Shown piece after piece: positions 27,323-44,500 of a DNA stretch of 64,000 nucleotides (positions within the stretch are counted from its first letter, which is position 1; each line of letters begins with the position of its first letter). A program made the translations under genes and the position numbers. The stretch comes from the human T2T-CHM13v2.0 reference genome, Homo sapiens. The notes under the pieces are model-generated. The model made no database searches. It saw nothing but the letters and a program-made list of their open reading frames with translations, and was not told the DNA's origin. Location: the NCBI RefSeq assembly GCF_009914755.1, contig NC_060935.1. One strand, given 5' to 3'.

Positions 27323-28581
27323 ACTCTCTCCCTTTGGGCCCCAGGACTACCTGTGACCCTGATGTTTTGTTCATTTTAATAGAAACTAGTTGGTTCCATT
27401 AGAAGTATCATCAGTATGTTAAGAAAAAAGTGACTAGTGATTATATGAGGCCGAAGAATTGTATTATCATTTTTAATCTTAGCTCCAAGAATAACTGTGG
27501 TTTCTTCTCTTTCCCTTTCCCAGTATTTTAAAAAAAGTATAAATTTGCCCAAAATTAAAATGAAAAAATTAAAGATGAAGGGTAAAAAAGTATAAATTTA
27601 CCTAAAATTAAAGGTAAATTTATACTAGTTTTTCCATTGTTCCTGAAAGATACACGCCAAAATCTTTTTATTTGTTGACTTTTTGGATCTATTTCTATTC
27701 TACTATGACATTATAATATTTTGACAGCCAACATTCCTGTAATATAATTTCTTACATTTTCCACTAAGTAAGAACAACTTATTTCTTTGGGGAAAGAGAA
27801 CATATCACTTAGAACAAGGATATAAAATAGTATCCTAAACACATTTTCTAAACATCTATTGTGGTTGTTTGTCTGTTTTTGGATTTGCAAAACCTGGCTC
27901 TGCATGTTAAGAGTGCAAGTCTGGAGGACTGAGAACATAAAATTATACAATAAATCACATAACTAAGAAAGGTTATATAACAACATTAGACCAGTCTTTC
28001 CTTAGAAAACAGATTTAAATCATTTTCTGGAATGGAAATAGGAATTGGGAGAAGATTTGAAAGAGAGGGCAAGACAACTTAAATATGGATAAGGAAGTCT
28101 GTTTCTAGTTTTACTTTTCCTTAGAGTCAAAATCGTAAAAAGATTGTAGGACATGCTCAATAGGTTAGACCTTCCAAAAGCAGAAGGAACTTGAGAACTT
28201 TTATGTCACTTTCCATCTGGAACTTTGAGAGGAGATAGTTATGAACAATAGTTCATGCTATTACGTAGGCAAGGCAAGTCTGAGATTAAGTGCTTCAGAT
28301 TTTTTCATCTCTTTCCCTTTTCAGTTTTACTTCACTTCCACAGAGCATTGTCCAAATGTGACATGTGTTTTGCATACTTGAGAACTGAAGGCCTATATGC
28401 CTAATGAAGTGTGGAGGAAAGAGGGTGTATGTGGGGAACCACTAGCATCAGCCGGACGTTACACAGCCTAAAGTGCAGTCTGGATGAAGGACGTGGCTAC
28501 TTAGGGTATCAGTACTGTCACTGGCGCTAAGATGTGGGCATATTCTTTAAGGAGTGACCATCAAGATCTCCACACACTGGC

Positions 28582-28936
28582 TGATATGGTTTGGCTCTGT
28601 GTCCCCACCCAAAAGTCATCTTGAATTGTACTCCCATAATTCCCACGTATTGTGGGAGGGACTCTATGGGAGATAATTAGAATCATGGGGGTGGTTTCCC
28701 CCATACTGTTCTCATGGTAGTAAACAAGTCTCACAAGATCTGATGGTTTTATCAGGGGTTTTCACTTTTGTATCTTCCACGTTTTCTATTGCCGCCACCA
28801 TGTAAGAAGTGTCTTTCACCTCCCGCCATGATTCTGAGGTCTCCCCAGCCATACGGAACTATAAGTCCGATTAAACCTCTTTTTCTCCCCAGTTTCAGGT
28901 ATGTCTTTATCAGCAGCATGAAAACGGACTAATACA
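28582..28936 (+). mobile_element. THE1 solo LTR
   Basis: tgatatggtttggctctgtgtccccaccc...aaacggactaataca; TSD ctggc/ctgcc. Confidence 0.93.
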
Positions 28937-29764
28937 CTGCCCATGCCAAAAACACAGATAAGTGACACCAATAGAAGAGTGCCACGGGGCTCTTGAGCTG
29001 AAACTTCCTATGGAATATGGGGATAGAATGAGGAGTCTTCACTCAAAAAGACTGTGATTAAACCACCAGGAATTTTCTTACCTTAATTTGGCAAAATAAT
29101 GTTTTCTGCAATAAATAGCAGTCAGAGTTTGAGACCCAAGATCAGTAGGAAAATAAAATTAGAACTCTACACATGTGATAATATAATCTGAAATTTTAAA
29201 ATGGCTATGAAAATAAGGCATTTACTCAAAAAGGAAAAGACTTATAATTCCCAAATAAGCTCTTACTTGAAAAATGGAAAAATAATTGTAGCCCATCTCA
29301 GAGAGTTGTTATAATTCAGTATATTAGTATATGCAACAGAGATGACTAAATAAATATCAGCTATTTTGTTATAATTACTGATTATAACTAACATCATGTT
29401 GATTTCGATGTATAATCTTGCTTTATACATCCAGGTACTGCATAGGGTAGCATGAATCAACACGACTTTTTGTATAATTTGCCCATTTGAAAATCTGCTG
29501 AAAGCTGAGGACTGCCCCCTATAAAAGAGATCACACAGACACCAAATTTTGCAGGTAATTTAAGGAGTTCAACAGTAACACAGGTTCTTTTTTGAGCCTC
29601 TAAAAATCACTGAGCCTCTAAAAATAATTGGGTCCCAGGTGGAAAGCCCGTGGTTTCAACATTGCAAATAACATCTACTAGGGCATTTAACCTTCAAGGA
29701 GCTATATATTTTTTTATTTTTGATAGAATAAATAAACTTGTGTCATCAAAATATTTTCTTGGAC

Positions 29765-30990
29765 AATGAGAAAAGACAACCAACAGCCACTAACACCAAA
29801 ATGACAAAGATGTTGCAATTATCTGACAAGGACTTTAAGGCAATAATTATAAAAATGATTCAATAAGCAATTAAAAAACACTCTTGAAACAAATGAAAAA
29901 AGTCTTAGCAAAAAAAAAGTATAAAGAAGAATCAAATGAAAATTTTAGAACTGAGGTAAATACAAAAACAAAAAAACTCAACGGAGGAGCTTAACAACAA
30001 AATGAAGAGGACAGAGGAAACAGTGAACTTGAAGCTAGAACAGTAAAAATTACCCAACTTGAACAAAAGAGAAAAAATAGACTGGGAGAAGGGTTGGAAT
30101 TCATGAACAGAAACTAAAGGACCTGTGGAACTAAAACGAAAGATTTAACCTCATGTCATTGGAAACTAGAAAGGAGAAAAGAAAGAGAGTGGAGCCAAAA
30201 AATATTCTAAGAAATAATTGCTGATATTTTCCAAAATTTGGCAAAAGACATATGCCTACAGATTCAAAACGATAAGCCAACTCTAAACAGAGAAAAAATG
30301 GATAGAAATCCAAACCAAAATACATAAAAATTACACTTCTGATACTGTGAAGAAAAACTCTTAAAGTAGTGAGAGAAAAACGACATTTTACCAATAGGGC
30401 AAAAATAATTTAAATGACAAATTTGTCAACAGAAATTATGGATGACAGAAGGAAATGGTACAACATTTTCAAATGCTGAAAGAAAAGAAATGTCAGCCTC
30501 CAGTTCTATATATGGTTAAATTATCCTTCAAAAATCAAGACATTTGGCCGGGCGCAGTGGCTCACGCCTGTAATCCCAGAACCTTGGGAGGCCGAGGCGG
30601 GCGGATCACTTGAGGTCAGGAGTTTGAGAACAGCCTAACCAACATGGCGAAACCCCGTCTCTATTAAAAATACAAAAAAAAAAAAAAAAAAAAATAGCTG
30701 GGCGTGGTGGCAGGTGCCTGTAATCCCAGCTGCTCAGGAGGCTGAGCCAGGAGAATCCCTTGAACCCGGGAGGCGGAGGTTGCAGCGAGACGAGATAGCA
30801 CCATTGCACTCCAGCCCGGCAACAAGAGTGAAACTCCATCTCAAATAAATAAATAAATAAATAAATAAATAAATACATAATAAATAAATAAATTTAAAAA
30901 AAGACATTCTCAGATGAAAGAAAGCTAAGACAACTTGTCACCAACAGACCTACTCTAAAAAAAAAAGACTCAAAGAATTTTTAAACAAAA
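29765..30990 (+). mobile_element. Old L1M ORF1-region fragment interrupted by an Alu
   Basis: gacaaggactttaagg...tcaaatgctgaaagaaaa...ttatccttcaaaaat | Alu | agacattctcagat...ccaacagacctactcta. Confidence 0.8.
30546..30900 (+). mobile_element. AluS SINE with expanded middle A-run and (AAAT)n tail
   Basis: Full dimer; TSD aagacatt at 30537 and 30901. Confidence 0.95.
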
Positions 30991-33959
30991 TATTCATGTT
31001 TTATTAAGAGAAGATATAGTTATTATTCCTATCTAAATAGTATAAATGAGAACACGAAAACTTAATGAAGAGTTTATCCAAGATTTTCAGAGATAATGTC
31101 ACATTATAAAAATGTCATCAAAAAGCCCATTTAACAAGGTTTTACATTTATTCCCCCTTTTGTCTCCTTACTCTTCAGTTCCCACACCATAAAAAATATT
31201 GTTTTTTAAATTTTATTTTACTCTTAAATCAAATTATGTCTTTTAATTATAATTTTGTAACAGTAAGTAGAATATTCCATTTATAGAATTAGACTATAAA
31301 TGTGATTATAATACCTTTAACAAATTGCAGAAACTATATTCTACCAATATCCTGCCCTGGATAATACTTATAATGACAAGCAGTGAAATTATTTCTAATC
31401 TACAGGGACCAATTTGCTGGTGCACTGCACAAGGTCCAGTGCTTTCCAGCTATAATTAGAAAATGGTGCCTGCTCTTGATTAGTTTTGGTTACTATAGCA
31501 ATTCCATATATAACCTATGTCTGCTGACTTTTGAACTGTATCATGTATCTTCTGTAAATTGCTCATTAGTCACTTGTAATTTGTTTTATGTTTTCAACAA
31601 CAATTTCAAACTGGCAGTGTCAGAAACACATGTTTTTACAATTATTGGAAAAACAGATGAGAGAATGTGCACCTTCAATCTCACCCCCACTCTTGGATAT
31701 TAAGGTTTATGTGAACTACTGGATATTTTTGTAAATCATCAAAAAATACGAACACGGTTTTATGTTTCTCTATTAAAAAATACAAAATAGAAAAAACACC
31801 CTTTCTACCAAGAGTATTTATTATAAAATTAATAAATCCCTTTATCTCTAGAGCAGATTATGAAATGATTTATAATCTGCATTGATTTTACTATTCTGAT
31901 TTTGATAGCCAATTTGTTCATGAAAGATTATTTGAAATTCAATTGTGCATTTAAATTCAGTTAACATTTTGAAGGTGCCTAATGTGCCTGAGATTAGCAA
32001 ATAACTTCTATCCATTCTTTTCCATTGGTGCATGTATATACAATGAAAGCTAATGGCATGCTATTTTCTTATTCCATCTTGGCCTATTGTCAGTGCTTAT
32101 AAATATATGCATAACCTCACACAGAATATCTTACAAAAAGAGTATTGATATTATGTCAGATGCTTGGTATAATAATGGATATTTTAACAGCTATTCCATA
32201 AAGCTTTGAAAAATTGTGGAGGGTAAAAATCCAATATTGATCTGTACATATATGTGTCCTTTACATACCGCTTCCCAGATAGATTTTCATTTAAAAAAAT
32301 GAGAAATTTGGTTAAGAAAATTAAAATATATAAACTATAGAAATTGGTGTGTAATCATTTTAATGCATTAAACCACACCCTGATATATAGTTGGTTACCA
32401 AATTCTTATTGAATAAATGAATGAGTAAAAACTTGTGACATTAATATAAAATTTAAAGATTATGTATAAAGTGAGAAAGCTTTGTTTGTAGTGATAAACA
32501 AATAAATTTGCCTTTAGAATAAATTAAAGATTGAAGTATAAATCTGAATTTTAAATAAATGCCCAACATTCTGGGATTATCATATACCTCATTTAGAGAT
32601 TGATACTATTTATATTACATATAAATATAAAATATAATTTGATTATTCACATTATATCCCTGCACTTATACTTTGAAATCATTGCATATAAAAAATTTTT
32701 AAGATTTAAGTCCTGATCATTCATGAGTTAAAAGAATAAAACCACAATGGTGCTTTAGAACACTGTAAGGTATTCTGAACTCAAATCTTAACCCCAATAT
32801 TAAGAGTAATGAAGCTCCAAGAGACAGTTGTATACACGTTAATTATTGTAATGATTCAAGCTACTTTTCCCTAGGGACACCATATTTCTAAGCCAAAAGG
32901 GCATTCTTAGCCCACTATGACAATTAGCATCTGATAAATGACACTACTGCCACACTTCTAATATAGTGATTGATCATTTCCAATTTATTCCTGAGAGAAA
33001 TCAATGGTTCCTTCCTGGGGCATTTACATTAATTAATTTATTTTAATAATGAATACCCTATATTCACAATTTCCTAGGGAAGATGGGCCATTCTATTTAT
33101 AATTGGTTTCTACTTCAGAGCTTTGGTATATTGTTTCAGAGCTTTAAATATGTATAAAAGAGCTACAAAGATCAAGAAAAAAATGGAAATTTAACCACAG
33201 CAACTAAATCATGACATCGATAAATCCTGTTGATCCAACTCAAATGCAACAAAGAAGCTTTGGAAGATTTTTCAGATTGTTGGGTGGTAGCATGAATACG
33301 TTACCCTATATTGGGACCCCCACTCTTCTTGTGTGAGTTTACACTCTTTGTAGCCACTACCAAAATGACTTATGTTTCTTAGCGATATGACACAGAGGAT
33401 GATGCTGTCATCAAATTTCTACTTCATTACTATACATAAGCTACTTAATGTATGTCAGTCATAGTATGAGGGTCTTAGATGTTCAATAGTTAGCAAAAGA
33501 GAGGCATACTTGCCCTCCCTCAGCTTATAGCCCAGTGAAAAAGGCAGACACAAATGAACAAGAAAACTGTAATTAATAGAGAATGGGCTGCCTGAAGAAA
33601 AATATCGGGATGAAATATATTTAGACAGAGATGTTATGGTGAGAAGATAAAATTAAGCTGAGAGGTGAAAGACCTGAATGAGAACATTATTGACTGAAGG
33701 AATAATGTAAGCACAAGTGCTAGAACAGAAAAAAAACTGTTTATTTCAAAAACTGAAAGAATTTCCATGTTTTTGGAGTATATGGAAAGGAGAATGACAA
33801 GAGATGAGCAAATAAATGTGTATAGAGAAGCAGAGTATACTTTTAATCTTGTAAGGCAAGGAAAGAAAGGAAAATTGCCTTTATTTAAAGTGGAATGAGA
33901 AGCCACTAAAGGGTTTTGAGTAAGTGACTGAAATCATAAAAGTGACTCTATAAAAACTA

Positions 33960-38520
<4,561 letters not shown>

Positions 38521-39834
38521 GTGGCATATATGTAGGCTGGAGAGGTAAGAAAGAAAGAATTTCTGGATCCCTGATCTTGAGTGCGTGAAGAGATATGAAA
38601 TCTAGTGTGGAAGTAGAAAAAATTGGCTTAATATAGAATAACGTATCACTGAAAACAAGCAGAAGATAAAGCATATGGGCATAGATGTTACTATAAATAG
38701 ATATTGTGGTGAAAGACTAAGTTCTCTTCCAGTTGCTACAGATTTCTCAATGAATGTCACTAAAAGATCACTACGCGGGCAGTAATGTGGATTATGGATT
38801 GTATTTGTGTAATAAAAAAAAAGCAGGAAAACAGCCAAGACACAGTTGCAATAATCTGGCAGAGATATGATGACTGGGACCAAAGTGATCATATAAATTA
38901 TCAGTGAAACCATGACACCTTAGAGAATAAAAGGGACACTTGTAATAATTATGCTGGGACAATAGACATAACCCAAATCTTTCCTGAGCAAACAAAAATG
39001 CATGGTTAATGTATCCAATATTAAGGTGATGAGTAGAAACAAAGAAAAGGTGAAATATATTGATGTAATGGATATGGTGCTTAGGAGAAAAAAATAATTT
39101 AAGGATAATTCCCAAGTTTCTGCATATTTACTGAGAAATACATGAGGATAAGCAGGCTTTTATGGATATATGTAGAGTTGTTTTGGGTTTTTTTTGTTTT
39201 CTGTTTTTAATTTTTGTGGGTGCATTGTAGGTATATATATTTATGGGGTACCATGAAATGTTTTTCTATAGGCATGCAATGTGAAATAAGCACATCACGG
39301 AGAATGGATTAACCATCCCCTCAAACATTTATCATTTGAGTTATAAACAATTGAATTACATTCTTTAAGTTATTTTAAAATATACAATTAAATTATTATT
39401 GACTATAGTCACCCTATTATGCTATCAAATTGTAGGTCTCATTCATTCTTTCTAGATTTTTTTTTTTTTTTTTTTTTTTTTACCAATTAACCATCCACAC
39501 TTTCCACTCCCAACCTCCCACTTCCCTTCCCAGCCTCTGGTAACTATCCTTATGCTCTCTATATGCATGAGTTCAATTGATTTGATTTTTAGAGTCCACA
39601 AATAAGTGAGAACATGTGATGTTTGTCTTTTGGTGCCTAGCTTATTTCACTTAACATGATGATTTCCAGTTCCAACCACATTGTTGCAAATAACTGTATC
39701 TCACCCTTTTTATGGCTGAATATTGCTCCATTGTGTACATATACCACTTTTTTTTATCCATTCACCTGCTAATTGACACTTAGGTTGCTTCCAAATTTTA
39801 TAGTTACTGTAAACAATGCTGCAACAAATATATG

Positions 39835-40893
39835 AGGGCCCAGCCTGCAAAACCATTTTTCCTCCTAGGCATCTGGGCCTGTGATGGGAGGGGCTGCCAC
39901 AAAGGTCTCTTACATGCCCTGGAGATATTTTCTTTATTGTCTTGACAATTAACACTTGGCTTCTCATTACTTGTGCAAATTTCTGCAGCCTGCTTGAATT
40001 TCTCCTCAGAAAATGGGTTTTTCTTTTCTATTGCATCATCGGGCTACAAATGTTTCAGATTTCTATGCTGTTTCCCTTTTAAAACAGAATGCTTTTAACA
40101 CCACCCAAATCACTTATTGTATGCTTCATTGCTTAGAAATTTCTTCTGCCAGATACTCTAAATCGTTTCTCTTAAGTTCAAAGTTCCACATATCACTAGG
40201 GCAGAGGCAAAATGCCGCCAGTTTCTTTCCTAAAACATAGCAAGAATCACCTTTACTCCAGTTCCCAACAAGTTCCTCATTTCCATCTGAGACCACCTCA
40301 GCCTGGATTTCATTGTCCATATCATTATCAGCATTTTGGTCAAAGCCATTCAATAAGTCTCTAGGAAGTCCCAAACTTTCTCACATTTTCCTGTCTTCTT
40401 CTGAGTGCTCCAAAGTGTTCCAACCTCTGCCTGTTATCCAGTTCCAAAGTCACTTCCACATTTTCAGGTATCTTTACAGCAGCGCTTCACTCTACCAGTA
40501 CCAATTTACTGTATTAGCCTATTTTCACACTGCTGATAAAGACATACCCAAGACCGGGTATTTTATAAAGAAAAGGATGTTTAATGGACTCAGATCCGCA
40601 TGGCTGGGGAGGCCTCACAATCATGGTGGAAGGTAAAAGGTACTTCTTACATGGTGGTGGCAAGAGAGAATCAGATAAATCCAAGAGATTTATCTTGGAT
40701 AAATCAGAGAATCCAAATAAAAGGAGTTTACCCTTATAAAACCATCAGAATTGGTGAGACTTATTCACTTCCATGAGAAGAGTATGGGGGAAACTGCCCC
40801 CCAAGATTCAATTATCTCCCACCAGATCCCTCCCACAACACATGGGAATTATTCAAAATGAGATTTGCATGGGGACACAGCCAAACCATATCA
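39835..40893 (-). mobile_element. THE1 5' LTR (40510-40893) plus truncated internal sequence
   Basis: LTR termini tgtattag / ccatatca; internal sequence gtaaattggtactggtagagtg... follows on the minus strand and breaks at ~39835. Confidence 0.9.
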
Positions 40894-41244
40894 GTACTCA
40901 GCAGTTGAATTGCTGGGTTATATAGTAGCTCAATTTTTGTGTTTTTTTTTTGAGGAATCTTCAAACCTCCGGAGTGGGTATACTAATTTACATTCCCACC
41001 AACAGTGTACAAGGGTTCCCTTTTCTCTACATCCTCACTAACACTTGTTGTTGCCTGTCTTTTTGATATAAGTGTTTTAACTAGGTTCAGATAATATCTC
41101 ATTGTAATTTTGATGTGCATTTCTCTGATGAGCAACAATGTTGAGAACCTTTTCATGTGCCTGTTTGTCATCTGTATTTTAAGAAATGTCTATTCAAATA
41201 TTTTGCCCATTTTTGATTGGATTATTAGTTTTTTTTCTATAGAG

Positions 41245-41535
41245 CAGTGAATAGAAGATAATTTTTCTATGGATGGGGTGGGTGGTGGGGGTATGGTTTC
41301 TCGGTCAACAGGCATTAGATTCTCATAAGGAGAGTACAACATAGATCCCTAACATCTACAGTTCACAATAGGATTTGTGCTCCTATGAGAATCTAATGCT
41401 GCTGCTAATCTGACAAGAGGCAGAGCTCAGGCAGTAATGCTTGCTCACCCATGGCTCAACTCGTGCTGTGTGGTTTGATTCCTAACAGGCCATGGACCAG
41501 GGGTGGGGGAAGGGCTGGTGGGTTTGGGACCCCTG
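41245..41535. mobile_element. MER1B-like hAT-Charlie MITE
   Basis: ggcattagattctcataagg...cctatgagaatctaatgc internal inverted repeat; end gggacccctg; perfect 8-bp TSD ctatagag at 41237-41244 and 41536-41543. Confidence 0.92.
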
Positions 41536-44500
41536 CTATAGAGTTATTTGAGCTCCTTATATATTCTCATTGTTAATCCCTTGTCAGAGTGGTAATTCGC
41601 AAATATTTTTTCCCATTCTGTGGGTTGTCTCTTCACTTTATTGATTGTATCCTTTATTGTGCAGAAGCTTTTTTACTTGATGTGACCCCATTTGCCAATA
41701 TTTGCATTGGTTGCCTATGCTTATGAGGTATTGCTCAAGAAGTCTTTTCCAAGGCCAATGTACTGGAGGTGTTCCCCAATTTTTTTGTAGTAGTTTATTA
41801 GTTTAAGATATTAGATTTAGGCCTTTAATTCATTTTGATTTGCTTTTTATATATCGTGAGAGATAGGGGTCTAGTTTCCTTCTTTTACATATAGGTATCC
41901 AGTTTTCCCAGCACCATTTATTTATTGAAGACACTGTCTTTTATCCAGTATATGTTCTTGGCATGCTTGTCAAAAATAAGTCTGCTGTAGGTGTGTGGAT
42001 TTTTTTATGGGTTCTCTGTTCTGTTCCATTTGTCTCTATGTCTGTTTTTATACCAGTACCATGCTGTTTGTTTTGGTTACTATAGCTCTGTAATATAATT
42101 TGAAGTCAGGTAATGGGATTACTCAAGTTTTTTTCTTTTAACTTAAGATAGTTTTTGATATTCTGGGTCTTTTGTGGTTCCATATAAATTTTAGGATTTT
42201 TTTTCTATTTCTGTGAAGAATGTCATTGGCATATTGATAGGAATTTCATTGAATCTGTAGATTGCTATGGGTAATAGAGACATTTTAAAAATATTGATTC
42301 TTCCACTCCATGAACATGGAATAGTTTTCCATTTTTTGGTGTCCTTTTCAATTTCTTTTATCAGTGTTCTATATTTTTCATTACAGAGATCTTTCATTTA
42401 TTTGGTTAATTCCTAGATATTTAATTTTATTTGTGGCTATTGTAAAGGGAATACTTTTTTATTTCTTTTTTATATTGTTTACTGTTGGAATATAAAAATG
42501 CTACTAATTTTTGCATGTTGATTTTTGTATCCTGCAACTTTACTGAATTAGTTTTAATAGTTTTTTCATGAAGTCTTTAGGCTTTTTAAAATATAAGATC
42601 ATATCATCAGCAAACAAGGATAATTTGACTTTTTCCTTTACAACCTGGATACACTTTATATCATTCTCTTATCTGATTGCTCTAGCTAGGACATTCAGTA
42701 TTATGTTAAATAACAGTGGTGATGGTGGGCATCTTTGTCATGTTCCAGGTCTTAGAGGAAAGGCTTTCAGTTTTCCCCCATTCAGTATTATACTAGATGT
42801 GGGTCTGTCATATATGACTTTTACTATGTTGAGGTATGTTCCTTCTGTATCCCATTTTTTGAAGGTTTTTATCATGAACGGATACTGAATTTTATCAAAT
42901 GCTTTTTCAGCATCAATTGAAATGATCCTGCGGTTTTTATCATTCTCTTGATACGATGCATCACATTGATTGATTTGTATATATTGAACCATCCTTGCAT
43001 CACAGGAATAAATCCTACTTGGTCATGAGGAATGCTTTTTCTAATGTATTGTTTAATTTGGTTTGCTAGCATTTTGTTGAGGATTAATATTCATCAGAGA
43101 TATTGGCCTGTAGTTTCTTTTTTCTTTTTCTTTTTTTTTCTTTTTTATTTTTTGATATGTCTGTCTGGTTTTGGTACCTGGGTAATACTGGTCTTGTAGA
43201 ATGAGTTTGGAAGTATTCTCTGTTCCTCTATTTTTCAGGATATTTGAGTAGGATTGTTAGTTCTTTAAATGTTTGTTAGAATTCAGCAATGAATTCATTG
43301 GGTCCCAGGCTTTTCTTTACTGGGAGAGTTTTTACTGCAGTTTCAATCTCATTACTTTTTATTGGTCTATTCAGGTTTTGGATTTCTTCCTGATTCAATC
43401 TTGGCAGCGTGTATGTATCTAGGAATTTTCCCATTTTTTCTAGATCTTCCAATTTATTGGAAAATAGTTGCTCATAGTAGACACTAATGATTCTTTGAAT
43501 TTCTGCAGTATCAGTTTTAATGTCTCCTTTTACATTTCTGGTTTTATTTATTTGGATCTCTTTTTCTCTTAGTCTGGCTAAAGGTTTGTTAATTTTATTT
43601 AACTTTTCAAAAAAACAACTTTTTGTTTCATTGATATATATATTTTTAATTTCAATTTCATTTATTTTTGTTCTGATCTTTATTATTTCTTTACTTCTAC
43701 TAATTTTGGGTTTGAGTTGCTCTTGCTTTTCTAGTTCTTTAAGATGTATTGCAATATTGTTTATTTGAAATTTTTCTTCTGATGTAGGCACTTATAAACA
43801 TCCCACTGGGTACTGCTTTTGCTGTGTCCCATAGGTTTTTGTATGTCGTATTTCCATTATTTTTTTTTTGAATTTTTTTTCAATTTCCTTCTCTGTTTCT
43901 TCATTGACCCACTGGTCATTCAGGAGCATATTATTAATTTTCATGTATTTGTATAGTTTCCAAAATTCCTTTCATTATTAATTTCTAGTTTTATTCCACT
44001 GTGGTCAGAGAAGATGCTTGATGTTACTTCAGTTTTTTTTTTTAATATTTTAAGACTTGTTTTGTGATTAACATATAGTCCATCCTTGAGAATGATTCAT
44101 GTGCTAAGGAAAAGAATTTATAGAAATCTAAAGAATCTATAAAGGTCTGTTAGATTCATTTGGTCTATAGTGCAGAATAAGTTTGATGTATCTTTACTGA
44201 CGTTTTGTCTGGAAGATCTGTCCAATGCTGAAAGTGGGGCATTAAAATCTCCAGCTATTGTACTGTGGCCTATGTCTCTCATTGGCTCTAATATTTCCTT
44301 TTTATATCTGGATGCTCCAGGGTTGGGTGCATATATATTTAAAACTGTTATATACTCTTGCTGAATTGACCCCTTTATCATTTTAGAATGACCTTCTTTG
44401 TCTCTCCTTACAGTTTTTGTCTTGGAATCTATTTTGTCTGATAAAAGGATTGCAACTGCTGCTCTGTTTTAGTTTCTGTTGGCACTCTTATTTTCAGTCT

